This document shows, piece by piece, positions 8,551-17,954 of a stretch of DNA of 64,000 bases (position 1 is its first letter; each line of letters starts with the position of its first letter). Source of the DNA: Candidatus Omnitrophica bacterium UBA6249 (GTDB taxonomy: Bacteria; Omnitrophota; Gorgyraeia; Gygaellales; Profunditerraquicolaceae); NCBI GenBank assembly GCA_002441305.1, contig DJVT01000009.1, forward strand, positions 12,839 to 76,838, in the 5' to 3' direction. Both the position numbers and the translations under genes were made by a program. Below the pieces are notes generated by a model. That model saw nothing but the letters and a program-made list of their open reading frames with translations, had not been told where the DNA came from and made no database searches.

Positions 8551-9783
8551 ATGCCGTTATTCGCCTATAAAGCAAAAAAGGGCCCGCAGGAGATCGTGGA
8601 AGGGGTTGTTGAAGCCGGCTCCAAAGAGATAGCCGTGAGCAAGGTCGAGCAAATGGGTTATGTGCCCATACGTATCGAACCCAGGGGTGCCGGTGGCCAG
8701 AGCCAGCCTGTCAAGGCGCCTGTTTCGAAAGAGCCGGGATGGTTTGACAGGATAGGCTCGCGCGATTTGAACGTATTTACCGAACAGCTGGCTACGCTGG
8801 TAAAATCGAAGGTCCCGCTTTTTGAAGCAATAAACATTTTGTCCTCCCAGACGGAAAATCCAAAACTCAGGAATATAGTCGTATCTATAGCCGGGGACCT
8901 GAAAGACGGGAGGACTTTTTCGGAGGCTTTAAGCAGGTACCCGCATGTTTTTCCGCTCCTTTACGTGAATATGGTGCGTTCCGGGGAATCGGGGGGCGTG
9001 CTTGATGCGACGCTTACCAGGCTCGCCAAATTCAGAGAGGAGCAGGAGGAGATAAAGGCGAACATCACCTCAGCCCTGGCTTATCCCATATTTATAATTG
9101 TGGTAGGGATCCTGGTAGTGATAGTCCTGCTCACTTACGGCATTCCCCGTCTTGTCACGATGTTCAGCGAGACTAAACAAGTTCTGCCTCTTCCTACGCG
9201 GATACTTATCTCCATAAGCGACGGGATCAGGCATTATTGGTATCTTGGCATACTGCTCCTGTTTTTTATTTTTTCGGCGTTTAGGCAGAAGCAGCTCGCT
9301 GAAAAGAAAAAGGCCTTCCTCGACAGGATCAAATTGAGACTGCCTCTCCTGGGCGCCTTTAACAAAAAGGCTATGCTCGCGGAGTTCACGCGTACTTTTG
9401 CCTTGCTGCTGGAAAACGGAGTCCCCGTGCTGGAGGCTCTCCAGATAACCATCCCTACGATCAATAACGAGGTATTCCGGGTTGAGCTGGAGAAGGTGCA
9501 TGGCGATCTGCTTGTGGGCACGCCTCTTTCCCAGGGGATGAAAAAGTCAGACTGGTTCCCTCCGTTCCTTACCGACATGATAGCCGTAGGGGAAAGGGGA
9601 GGGAATCTGCAGGAGGTCCTGCTGGAAGTAGCGGTATTCTATGAACGCGAGGTAAAGAAGATAAATAAAATCTTGACCTCGTTGCTTGAACCGGCGATAA
9701 TCTTGGTTATGGGGATTGTGGTAGGGTTCATCGTGATGGCGATGCTCCTGCCCGTATTCGAGATAAATATGGGTATCAGATAA
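8551..9783 (+). CDS. gspF: Type II secretion / T4P platform protein (GspF/PilC family)
   Basis: 410 aa with a duplicated T2SSF-type cytoplasmic domain and three TM segments. Sits immediately downstream of the ATPase. Confidence 0.85.
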   Translation: MPLFAYKAKKGPQEIVEGVVEAGSKEIAVSKVEQMGYVPIRIEPRGAGGQSQPVKAPVSKEPGWFDRIGSRDLNVFTEQLATLVKSKVPLFEAINILSSQTENPKLRNIVVSIAGDLKDGRTFSEALSRYPHVFPLLYVNMVRSGESGGVLDATLTRLAKFREEQEEIKANITSALAYPIFIIVVGILVVIVLLTYGIPRLVTMFSETKQVLPLPTRILISISDGIRHYWYLGILLLFFIFSAFRQKQLAEKKKAFLDRIKLRLPLLGAFNKKAMLAEFTRTFALLLENGVPVLEALQITIPTINNEVFRVELEKVHGDLLVGTPLSQGMKKSDWFPPFLTDMIAVGERGGNLQEVLLEVAVFYEREVKKINKILTSLLEPAIILVMGIVVGFIVMAMLLPVFEINMGIR

Positions 9784-9803
9784 CTGCAGAACAAGGGGGA
9801 AAA

Positions 9804-10220
9804 ATGAGAGAGAAAAAAGGTTTTACCCTTATAGAACTTATGCTTGTTGTGGTCATTATTGGAGTCTTGGGGGCGATGGTCTTGCCGCGGCTTGCCGGGC
9901 GCTCCGACCAGGCTAAAACGGCGGTAGCTAAGTCCGATATAAACGCAAATATCGCCACTGCCCTTGACCTTTATGAGCTGGATAACGGGCGGTATCCCAC
10001 TACCGAACAGGGTTTGAGCGCGTTATCGACCAAGCCGGGTGACCTGTCCGAGGGGGCAAACTGGAATGGGCCCTATCTTAAGAAGGAGCCGCTTGACCCA
10101 TGGGGCAAGGCTTATCAGTATAAAAATCCGGCTACCCATGAAGGAGAGGATTACGATTTATATTCCATGGGAGCCGACGGCATAGAGAGCGATGATGATA
10201 TCGGAAATTGGGAAAAATAG
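9804..10220 (+). CDS. gspG: Major pseudopilin GspG
   Basis: Prepilin signal KKGFTLIELMLVVVIIGVL with Glu+5. GspG-type C-terminal block DPWGKAYQYK. Confidence 0.85.
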   Translation: MREKKGFTLIELMLVVVIIGVLGAMVLPRLAGRSDQAKTAVAKSDINANIATALDLYELDNGRYPTTEQGLSALSTKPGDLSEGANWNGPYLKKEPLDPWGKAYQYKNPATHEGEDYDLYSMGADGIESDDDIGNWEK

Positions 10221-10593
10221 AGCTTTTACTTTGATAGAGATAATGGTTGCCGTGGCCATCCTGTCGATGGGGTTGATTTTTGTGCTCCAGGGGCTTACCA
10301 AGTGCCTCGGGGTATTGAATACGGCGCGCTGCAGCCTTGAGGCAGGGCTTCTCGCAGAGGAGAAGATGGCGGAAGCGGAGATATCTTTCAGGAACGAAAA
10401 GAATGCCGCATTTACGGGTTTAAGCGGGCAGTCGGAAGCGGGAAACGTAGAATTCAGCTGGCAGGTAGGATTAGAGAGCGATGCGGAATACGACAACCTT
10501 TATCTGGTGCGCGATACAGTCCGCTGGAGAGAGGGGAAAAGAAGCGGGATAACCCCTTTGGTCACTTATTTTATGTCCGTAAATGTCAAGTAA
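10192..10593 (+). CDS. Minor pseudopilin (GspI/GspH-like)
   Basis: N-terminal KNRAFTLIEIMVAVAIL prepilin-type signal (Ala at -1). ~130 aa. Exact start uncertain. Confidence 0.5.
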   Translation: MMISEIGKNRAFTLIEIMVAVAILSMGLIFVLQGLTKCLGVLNTARCSLEAGLLAEEKMAEAEISFRNEKNAAFTGLSGQSEAGNVEFSWQVGLESDAEYDNLYLVRDTVRWREGKRSGITPLVTYFMSVNVK

Positions 10594-11200
10594 ACGCAGG
10601 CGCGGCATGAAGGGCAAGGGTTTTACCCTGCTTGAACTTATTATCAGCGGAGCGATAATCGTCCTGGTGTCGGTTACCGTATATTCCGTCTTCTCCGGTG
10701 GTATCGCGGTCTGGAAAAAGGCCTATCTTGCCCGGAATCAGGGGCACAAGTTGAGGCTGGCCATCGATAAGATGAGTGTGGAGGTAAGGAATTCTTTCCG
10801 GTTTTCTTCCATACCTTTCGAAGGCACAGAAGACTCTGTTTCTTTTCCTTCTGTCTGCGAAGGGAACGTAAGCAGGGTAAGCTATTTTCTGAATGAAGAT
10901 AAGGTTTTTTGCCGCGCGGTGGAGAGTTATGCGCAGGTTTTTAAAAAGGATGAGCAGGGGAGCGTCTATGCCATTTTGTCCCCGGTGGCGGAGTTGAAGT
11001 TCAGCTATTGTTATCTTGATAACGCCAGCGGGGAATACAAATGGAAGGACGACTGGGTCAGGGATGAACAGGATACCCTGCCCCGGGCGTTGAGGGTAGA
11101 GTTGTTTTTCGGAGAGAAAGCCGGGGAAGAAGCCGATCTTGTCAAGACTATCTTTATCCCCATCGGCACGGGGGGACAGAAGAAGGAGCTTGTGCAATAA
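10583..11200 (+). CDS. Minor pseudopilin (GspJ-like)
   Basis: KGKGFTLLELIISGAIIV prepilin-type signal. ~200 aa, in the position between the I-like and K genes. An alternative ATG lies a few codons downstream. Confidence 0.45.
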   Translation: MSSKRRRGMKGKGFTLLELIISGAIIVLVSVTVYSVFSGGIAVWKKAYLARNQGHKLRLAIDKMSVEVRNSFRFSSIPFEGTEDSVSFPSVCEGNVSRVSYFLNEDKVFCRAVESYAQVFKKDEQGSVYAILSPVAELKFSYCYLDNASGEYKWKDDWVRDEQDTLPRALRVELFFGEKAGEEADLVKTIFIPIGTGGQKKELVQ

Positions 11201-12237
11201 TGCTTCTTACCGGGAAAACAAAGGCTTATTCTACCCGCGCAAGCATACTGATTATCGTATTGTGGATCCTGGCTTTTTTGACCATGCTTGTGGTGAATCT
11301 GGGCTTTATGGTCAGGTCGCAGCTGCAGTTTGCCAGGCACCTCCAGGACAGGATGAAGATGTATTATCTTGCGCGGGCCGGCATAGAAAGGGCGATTGTC
11401 GAATTGTACGAGGATGAAAGCCCGAGCTGCGATACGCTCAACGAGACCTGGGCGAATAATGGCGAGTTCTTCGATAGTTTCCAGTTGGGCGGGGGGTTCT
11501 TTACCGTCAGTTATCCCTCCGGGGGCAAAGACCAGGAGGACGAAGACGCTTTCGTGCTTTACGGGGCGATGGATGAAAGCGCAAGGATAGATATAAACAG
11601 CGCGCAGGAGGATATAATAGTTAATTTGCTTGAGCGCGTGGGCGGGATGGATAAGGAGGACGCCATAGATACGGCGCGCTGTATCGCAGATTGGCGCGAT
11701 AAAGATGTCGCGCTTTCCGTGGGAGGGGCGGAGAACGATTATTACCAGGGGCTTTCTTCGCCCTATGAGTGCAAAAACGGCAAATTCCAGGTGGCCGAAG
11801 AGTTGCTTTTGGTTAAAGGGATGAGCGAAGAGGTTTTTTCCAGGATCAAGGATGTGATTACAGTGTATGATACCGAAAAAGTCAATATCAATACCGCCGG
11901 GTTTAAATGCCTGTATGCCCTGGGGCTGGAAAGCGGGCTCTGCGAGGATATAATCGAATACAGGAACGGGGGAGACGGAGTCCCGGGCACGGAGGATGAC
12001 CCGGTTTTTAATTCGCCTTCGGAATTGATGAATATTGGTTCTTTATTCACGGAAGAAGCGGCACAGATAAACACCTTGGTCTCGCGGAATATACTTACGG
12101 TGAGGTCAGATACCTTCAGGATTATCTCTTTGGGCCAGATGAAGGATGACAGCGCCACGCGTTCCAGGCAGATCGTCTGCGTGCTCAAGCGCCAGAATAC
12201 CAAGGATCCTAAAATATTATATTGGCATGAAAATTGA
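11200..12237 (+). CDS. gspK: Minor pseudopilin GspK-like
   Basis: N-terminal hydrophobic helix ASILIIVLWILAFL without Glu+5, ~345 aa, a DESARIDINSA block and helix-hairpin-helix-like repeats typical of GspK. Confidence 0.65.
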   Translation: MLLTGKTKAYSTRASILIIVLWILAFLTMLVVNLGFMVRSQLQFARHLQDRMKMYYLARAGIERAIVELYEDESPSCDTLNETWANNGEFFDSFQLGGGFFTVSYPSGGKDQEDEDAFVLYGAMDESARIDINSAQEDIIVNLLERVGGMDKEDAIDTARCIADWRDKDVALSVGGAENDYYQGLSSPYECKNGKFQVAEELLLVKGMSEEVFSRIKDVITVYDTEKVNINTAGFKCLYALGLESGLCEDIIEYRNGGDGVPGTEDDPVFNSPSELMNIGSLFTEEAAQINTLVSRNILTVRSDTFRIISLGQMKDDSATRSRQIVCVLKRQNTKDPKILYWHEN

Positions 12238-13729
12238 CCTGAACAACATATTTCAAAAACAAGAAAAAATCGTCACCGTCCTTCAGATGGACAATAACTG
12301 GCTGAGGCTTATCCAGGTAAAACAGATCAAGAAGGATAAAAAGGTCTGCATGATCAAGGCGCTGGGGATTTCCTCTTTGCCTGATGAGGAGATCTCGCGC
12401 AGGGTCACCGGGCTGGCCGCAGAGCTCAAGATAAACTCCCGTTACCTGGTCCTTTCCGTGCCCAGGCACCTTACCACTACCAGGAATCTGGATCTCCCTT
12501 CTGCCAATCCCTCGGAGATAAAAGATATGATCGAGCTCCAGATCGGCAAGCAGACTCCATATGCCAGCGACGAGGTAATCAAGGATTACCAGATTCTGGG
12601 AAGCAACGCGGACGGTTATAGCAGCGTGCTCCTGGTTATTGTGCATAAGGATATAGTCTCCAGGTATTTCAAGATCCTGGAGAACGCCGGGCTCAAGGTG
12701 CAAAAGGTAAGTTTCAGCTCGGAGGGGCTGCTCAACTGGAAAAACCTGGTCTGCCGGGACAAGGTGCCCTCGGACAAGGTGCAGATCCTCATAGACGTGG
12801 ATTGCGATACCAGCGATTTCGAGGTCGTGCTTAATGAAAAACTGGTTTTCGGCAGGAGCATATCCCTGGGGATTTCGCAGTTCCCCGGGCAGATCGAACA
12901 ATGGCAGAAGAAGTTTATCGAGGAGATAGGGCATTCCATATACGCCTACCAGAACGAGATTACGGGCAAGGAGGTGGCCAAGATAATCATCAGCCGCCCC
13001 CGCCTTCTCGCGGACAGCCTGGATAAAGAAACGCTGGAGAAAGAGCTTGGCGCTCCCGTGGAGATAATGGACCAGTTTAAGGGCATCCCCCTGACCGAAG
13101 AGGGGCTGGTTTCTTACAATAACCTGGTAAGGACCGACCTGTCTTACGCCGGGTTGATCGGGCTCGGGCTTCCCGCCGGGGAGCACAAGATCGACCTTAT
13201 CCCCCAGGAGCACCAGATCGGCAGGGCGGTTAAGGAGAAGGGGAAAGACCTGTATCTTATGGGCATACTGCTTGTCTTCATACTGGTTGCCGTATCCGGC
13301 GTATTCCTCGGCAGGATGTATAACAAGGAAAGGTACCTTGGGCAATTGAAGCGCCGCCTGGCGGATATACAGTCCAAGACCAAGGAATTGAACGGGATGA
13401 TCCGCGGCATAGAAGCGATAAAAGAAAGGGTTTATACGCGGGGCAGCGCGTTGAACCTGATTTATGAGGTCCATAAGGCGCTTCTTCCGGAGATGCACTT
13501 GACCTCGATAAGTTTCGAAGGCAAAGAAGAGATGACCTTAAGAGGCCAATCCAACGAGATGTCCGAGGTGTTCAGTTTTGTCAGCAAGCTGGAGGAGTCC
13601 GGGTATTTCCAGAATGTCAAGTCCAAGTACGCCACAAAGCGCAAGGTAGGGGATAAAGAGGTAACCGAATTCGAGATATCCTGTCCCCTGGAGAATAAAT
13701 ACAAGATAAAGGACAAGTACGAACTTTAG
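12227..13729 (+). CDS. GspL-like assembly protein (PilM-type actin-like domain + TM + PilN-like periplasmic part)
   Basis: The in-frame ATG at 12227 overlaps the gspK stop. N-terminal PilM-like ATPase fold, then a single TM (LYLMGILLVFILVAVSGVFL), then a C-terminal alpha/beta region. The ORF is open from 12146, but that part overlaps gspK. Confidence 0.55.
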   Translation: MKIDLNNIFQKQEKIVTVLQMDNNWLRLIQVKQIKKDKKVCMIKALGISSLPDEEISRRVTGLAAELKINSRYLVLSVPRHLTTTRNLDLPSANPSEIKDMIELQIGKQTPYASDEVIKDYQILGSNADGYSSVLLVIVHKDIVSRYFKILENAGLKVQKVSFSSEGLLNWKNLVCRDKVPSDKVQILIDVDCDTSDFEVVLNEKLVFGRSISLGISQFPGQIEQWQKKFIEEIGHSIYAYQNEITGKEVAKIIISRPRLLADSLDKETLEKELGAPVEIMDQFKGIPLTEEGLVSYNNLVRTDLSYAGLIGLGLPAGEHKIDLIPQEHQIGRAVKEKGKDLYLMGILLVFILVAVSGVFLGRMYNKERYLGQLKRRLADIQSKTKELNGMIRGIEAIKERVYTRGSALNLIYEVHKALLPEMHLTSISFEGKEEMTLRGQSNEMSEVFSFVSKLEESGYFQNVKSKYATKRKVGDKEVTEFEISCPLENKYKIKDKYEL

Positions 13730-13735
13730 AAAAAT

Positions 13736-14269
13736 ATGGATTTTTTGTCACGTTTGTCAAAAAAAGAAAAGCGCCTGTTCTACATAACGGTGGCAGTGGT
13801 CGCCCTGGTTTTGTTCGACAGGGTAGTATTCAGGCCGGTGATGGAGAAACTCGACGACCTCAACGAGAAGATTTCTATCGAGGAGAAGAAGCTCGAGAAG
13901 TCCATGCTCATAATTGCCCAGGATGCAACGATAAGCGAGGAGTATAAGAAGTTCGCCCAAAGCATAAAGCAGGAGCAGTCCGATGAAGAGGCGATAGCCG
14001 GGCTGCTCAGCAGCATCGAAAAGATGGGCAAGAGCGTCGCCGTTTTCATACAGGATATAAAGCCTAACGCGGTGGATAAATCGGAATTCTACAAGAAATA
14101 TTCCGTCAAGATTGAGGCGGAGACAAAAATTAGCAACCTGGCTGATTTTATCTATCAGCTGGAGAATTCCCCGCAGCTGCTCAGGGTTTCCGATTTCCGC
14201 CTTACCCCGCAGAAAAAGGAAGGTCTCCTTAAGGTCAATATGACGGTTACCGAAATCCTGATAAATTAA
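13736..14269 (+). CDS. GspM/PilO-like bitopic membrane protein
   Basis: 177 aa with one N-terminal TM and a coiled coil. The call rests on its position after the L-like gene; no strong motif. Confidence 0.35.
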   Translation: MDFLSRLSKKEKRLFYITVAVVALVLFDRVVFRPVMEKLDDLNEKISIEEKKLEKSMLIIAQDATISEEYKKFAQSIKQEQSDEEAIAGLLSSIEKMGKSVAVFIQDIKPNAVDKSEFYKKYSVKIEAETKISNLADFIYQLENSPQLLRVSDFRLTPQKKEGLLKVNMTVTEILIN

Positions 14270-14313
14270 GATCCCATGCCCGCCGTTTTTCTTCCCGTTT
14301 CAGGATTAAACGA

Positions 14314-15447
14314 GTGATGAAAGTAGCTATTCAGTTCGAAAGAAAACCTCTTCTTTTTTCCGATCCGGATTTTATAATTTCCTGCACTGGACCTTCTTCG
14401 CTGGATAGTTGTTTTGAGGAGATGGAGAGGGCTGTTTCGGCGGGGTATTTTCTTGCCGGATTCTTCTCTTATGAAGCGGGGTATTCTTTCGAGGATAAAC
14501 TGCGCCGCAACAGGCAGGGGCATGATTTTCCCCTGCTTTGTTTCGGGGCTTACAAAAATGCTCAGAGGAGGAGCCTTGCTGCGCCTCCGGGCCGGGGTTC
14601 TATCCCGGAGAATATCCGGCTTAATATCAGTTATGGCCAGTATGCCTCGAATATCGATACCATCCGGGGATATATAGCCAGGGGCGAGGTTTATCAAATT
14701 ACCTATTGCATAAAGCTCCTTTTCGAATTTGCAGGAGATTCGCTCTCCCTTTATAAGAGGCTGCTGGCTGCTCAGCCGGTGCCTTACCCGTCATATATCC
14801 GCGCCGGCGGGTTCGATATCCTTTCCCTTTCCCCGGAGTTATTCATCAAGAAGTCCGGGGGGCATGTGACGACCAAGCCGATGAAGGGCACCTGGCCCAG
14901 GGGCAAAGGGGCCTTGCCCGGAATGATTTCTTCCCTGCGCCTGAAGCATGACCCGAAGAACCGGGCGGAGAATGTGATGATCGCCGACCTCTTGAGGAAT
15001 GATTTGGGCAGGTTTGGTTCGCTTGTCAGGGCCCCCGCGCTTTTTGAGGTAGCCAGGTATAACACCCTCTGCCAGATGACCTCTACGGTTAAGGCAAGAG
15101 TAGACAGGGATATGGAATTTCGCAGGTTCTTTACCGCGCTTTTTCCTTCAGGCTCGGTAACCGGGGCACCAAAAATCCGCGCTATGGAGATTATCAGGGA
15201 ATTGGAAAAAGAGGAGCGCAGGATATATACCGGCGCTATAGGCTATATTACTCCGCAGAGGGATATGTTTTTCAATATACCCATACGCACGCTTCTCATA
15301 AAGGACGGGCGGGGAGAGATGGGAATTGGCGGGGGCATCGTCTGGGATTCTACTGCCGAAGGGGAATGGGAAGAGGGGCTGCTCAAGGCGCGCTTTCTTA
15401 CCGATTTAGCTAAAACCCCCGGAGCATGTAAAAATGATTGGCTTTAG
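14314..15447 (+). CDS. pabB: Aminodeoxychorismate/anthranilate synthase component I family (PabB-like)
   Basis: Chorismate-binding blocks PELFIK, TKPMKGTWPRG, DPKNRAENVMIADLLRNDLGR and FPSGSVTGAPKIRAMEII. Confidence 0.75.
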   Translation: MMKVAIQFERKPLLFSDPDFIISCTGPSSLDSCFEEMERAVSAGYFLAGFFSYEAGYSFEDKLRRNRQGHDFPLLCFGAYKNAQRRSLAAPPGRGSIPENIRLNISYGQYASNIDTIRGYIARGEVYQITYCIKLLFEFAGDSLSLYKRLLAAQPVPYPSYIRAGGFDILSLSPELFIKKSGGHVTTKPMKGTWPRGKGALPGMISSLRLKHDPKNRAENVMIADLLRNDLGRFGSLVRAPALFEVARYNTLCQMTSTVKARVDRDMEFRRFFTALFPSGSVTGAPKIRAMEIIRELEKEERRIYTGAIGYITPQRDMFFNIPIRTLLIKDGRGEMGIGGGIVWDSTAEGEWEEGLLKARFLTDLAKTPGACKNDWL

Positions 15448-15477
15448 AGGGAAATAAGAAGTATAATAATCGGGAAA

Positions 15478-16653
15478 GTGAAAAATATGAATAAAGACAA
15501 TATTGCTCAAAACAATCAGACTTTTTACGGATTGGGTATCGCTCCCAAGATACTGGATATTCTGGAGCGCATAAAATTCAAGACACCTACTCCTATACAG
15601 TTTAAAGCTATCCCGCTGGCCATATCCGGCAAGGATATCGTTGGAATAGCGCAGACTGGTACCGGGAAAACGCATTCGTTCCTTATTCCGATGGTTCAGC
15701 GCCTGGTGCAGAAGGAGGGGGTGGGCCTGGTGCTTGCGCCTACAAGGGAGCTGGCTATCCAGATACACGAAGCCTGCCAGCCGTTAGCCTGCGCTTTCGG
15801 CATGAAAACAGCCTGCCTTATCGGGGGAGCCCCTATGGAACCGCAGGTGCATGCTTTGCGTAAAGATCCCCGCATGGTAATTGCCACTCCGGGCAGGCTG
15901 ATCGACCATATGTCGCAGTGGAATTTCATTCCGGATAATGTGGTAATGCTTGTGCTCGATGAGGCGGACCGTATGCTCGATATGGGGTTTGCCCCGCAGA
16001 TAGACAAGATACTGCGTTTTCTCCCCCGGGACAGGCAAACTATGCTTTTTTCGGCGACTATGCCCAAGGAAATCATGAATATCGCCTCGCGCCATATGAA
16101 GCTTCCTTTAAGCGTGGAGATAGCCCCGTCGGGTACCACCGCGGAAAAGGTGACGCAGGAATTGTTCATCTTAAAGAAGGAAGCCAAACCGCGCTTGCTT
16201 AAACAGCTGCTTTCGCAGTACCACGGTTCGGTGCTCCTTTTTTCGCGCACCAAGTATAACGCCAGGAAGATTGTCAGGTCTATACGCGAGATGGGGCATT
16301 CCGTTTCCGAGATCCATTCGAACCGTTCTCTCGTCCAGCGTAAAGATGCCCTCGAAGGTTTCCGGTCGGGTAAATACAGGATCCTGGTCGCTACGGACAT
16401 AGCCTCGCGCGGCATAGACGTAACCGGGATAGAATTGGTGCTCAACTACGACCTTCCGGAAGACGCGGATAATTATGTGCACCGTATAGGCAGGACAGCC
16501 CGAGCGGGCCATAAAGGACATGCTATCTCTTTCGCCACTCCCGATCAGGAAAGGGATGTGCGGGAAATAGAAAAACTCATTAAGGCCAACCTTCCGGTTT
16601 CCAAACATTCCGATATCACATTAGACAAATTCTCTAAAAAACGGCAGAGATAA
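15478..16653 (+). CDS. DEAD-box ATP-dependent RNA helicase
   Basis: Q motif, AQTGTGKT, DEAD, SAT and HRIGRTARAG. The last codons overlap a solo repeat arm. Confidence 0.9.
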   Translation: MKNMNKDNIAQNNQTFYGLGIAPKILDILERIKFKTPTPIQFKAIPLAISGKDIVGIAQTGTGKTHSFLIPMVQRLVQKEGVGLVLAPTRELAIQIHEACQPLACAFGMKTACLIGGAPMEPQVHALRKDPRMVIATPGRLIDHMSQWNFIPDNVVMLVLDEADRMLDMGFAPQIDKILRFLPRDRQTMLFSATMPKEIMNIASRHMKLPLSVEIAPSGTTAEKVTQELFILKKEAKPRLLKQLLSQYHGSVLLFSRTKYNARKIVRSIREMGHSVSEIHSNRSLVQRKDALEGFRSGKYRILVATDIASRGIDVTGIELVLNYDLPEDADNYVHRIGRTARAGHKGHAISFATPDQERDVREIEKLIKANLPVSKHSDITLDKFSKKRQR

Positions 16654-16700
16654 TTCTTTTCTAACCCTCTGAATATGAATACCTTGGATAAACTGTCTAC
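16647..16700 (+). repeat. Solo right arm of the two-box repeat (contains the MFS start codon)
   Basis: Inner GAGATAATTCTTTTCTAAC at 16647..16665, a 17-nt linker, then outer-like CTTGGATAAACTGTCTAC ending at 16700. No matching left arm is seen upstream. Confidence 0.6.
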
Positions 16701-17916
16701 AAATAAGCGGGCGGCGTTCCAGTTGATTTTTCTTTTCGGGCTGGTCAGCCTCTTCGGGGATATGGTTTATGAAGGGGCGCGCAGCGTAAACGGGCCGTAC
16801 CTGAAAATACTCGGGGCCAACGCCGCGGCGGTAGGGGTGGCGGCAGGGATCGCCGAATTCCTCGGTTATGCCATCCGTCTTTTCTCGGGCTATTTCGCCG
16901 ACAGGACAAAGGCTTACTGGTTTTTTACTTTTCTCGGTTACGGGCTCTTGGTCAGCGTGCCTTTGCTTGCCTTGGCCGGCATCTGGCAGGTGGCTGTGGT
17001 TTTTATTATCGTTGAGAGGATGGGGAAGGCCATGCGCAGCCCGGCCAAGGATACCATACTTTCCCAGGCTACGAAACAGGTAGGGACGGGATTCGGATTT
17101 GCCATAGCCGAAGTGCTTGATCAGATAGGGGCGATTGCCGGGCCGTTGGTTTTCAGCCTGCTTTTTCTCGCTATCGGTTCGGGAAGCGGAGCGCTGCGGG
17201 ATTACCAGCATGGTTATTCTTTGCTCTGGATCCCTCTTTTTCTGGTGATTGCCTGTGTTTTTCTTGCCTACCGGCGCCTCCCGGACCCGGAGTCACTGGA
17301 GGCCTCTTCGGAAAGAAAAGGCCTGGCTACCGATAAGCTGGGCAGGGTTTTCTGGATATACACTTTTTTTACCTTTGTAACTACTCTTGGTTTCGCCAAT
17401 TTTGCCCTGGTAGGGTATCATCTTAAAGCCAGGCATATATTGAGCGATGCGCAGATACCGCTTTTTTACGCGCTGGCTATGGGGGTGGATGCCGTTGCGG
17501 CCTTAATTATCGGCAAGGCCTATGATATATTCAAGATAAGGCACAATAACGAAAAAGCCGGTTTAGTCACTTTGCTGGTTATTCCCGTGTTTTCCCTGGT
17601 TATCCCGGTCCTGGTGTTTTCCTCGGGTCTTATTACAGTGTTGTGCGGGGTGGTCGTTTGGGGAGTGGTCATGGGCGCCCATGAGACAATCATGAAATCC
17701 GCTATCGCTGACTTGACCCCTCTGAAGAAACGGGGGACCGGTTACGGGATATTCAATACCGCTTATGGCCTGGCTATCTTTGCCGGGAGCGCCGTTTGCG
17801 GCCTGCTCTATGAACATTCCATATTGTCGGTGATTATCCTCAGCGTGCTTGTCGAACTGGCGGCTTTGCCGGTATTCTTGATTTTGAGAAAAGAGGCTTT
17901 GACAGATACAGCCTGA
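16675..17916 (+). CDS. MFS transporter
   Basis: 413 aa with ~12 predicted TM helices. The first ~9 codons (MNTLDKLST) lie inside a repeat arm. Confidence 0.7.
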   Translation: MNTLDKLSTNKRAAFQLIFLFGLVSLFGDMVYEGARSVNGPYLKILGANAAAVGVAAGIAEFLGYAIRLFSGYFADRTKAYWFFTFLGYGLLVSVPLLALAGIWQVAVVFIIVERMGKAMRSPAKDTILSQATKQVGTGFGFAIAEVLDQIGAIAGPLVFSLLFLAIGSGSGALRDYQHGYSLLWIPLFLVIACVFLAYRRLPDPESLEASSERKGLATDKLGRVFWIYTFFTFVTTLGFANFALVGYHLKARHILSDAQIPLFYALAMGVDAVAALIIGKAYDIFKIRHNNEKAGLVTLLVIPVFSLVIPVLVFSSGLITVLCGVVVWGVVMGAHETIMKSAIADLTPLKKRGTGYGIFNTAYGLAIFAGSAVCGLLYEHSILSVIILSVLVELAALPVFLILRKEALTDTA

Positions 17917-17954
17917 TATGTTAAATTATTTGAATTAATACACCATCGGAGAGC

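Noticed and set aside
15421-15477. Possible left arm upstream of the DEAD-box helicase that would pair with the solo right arm at 16647..16700.
   Set aside because: The sequence (GCATGTAAAAATGATTGGCTTTAGAGGGAAATAAGAAGTAT) shows only scattered matches to the outer and inner boxes, so it is not convincing. Likewise, no left arm is found upstream of 24894.
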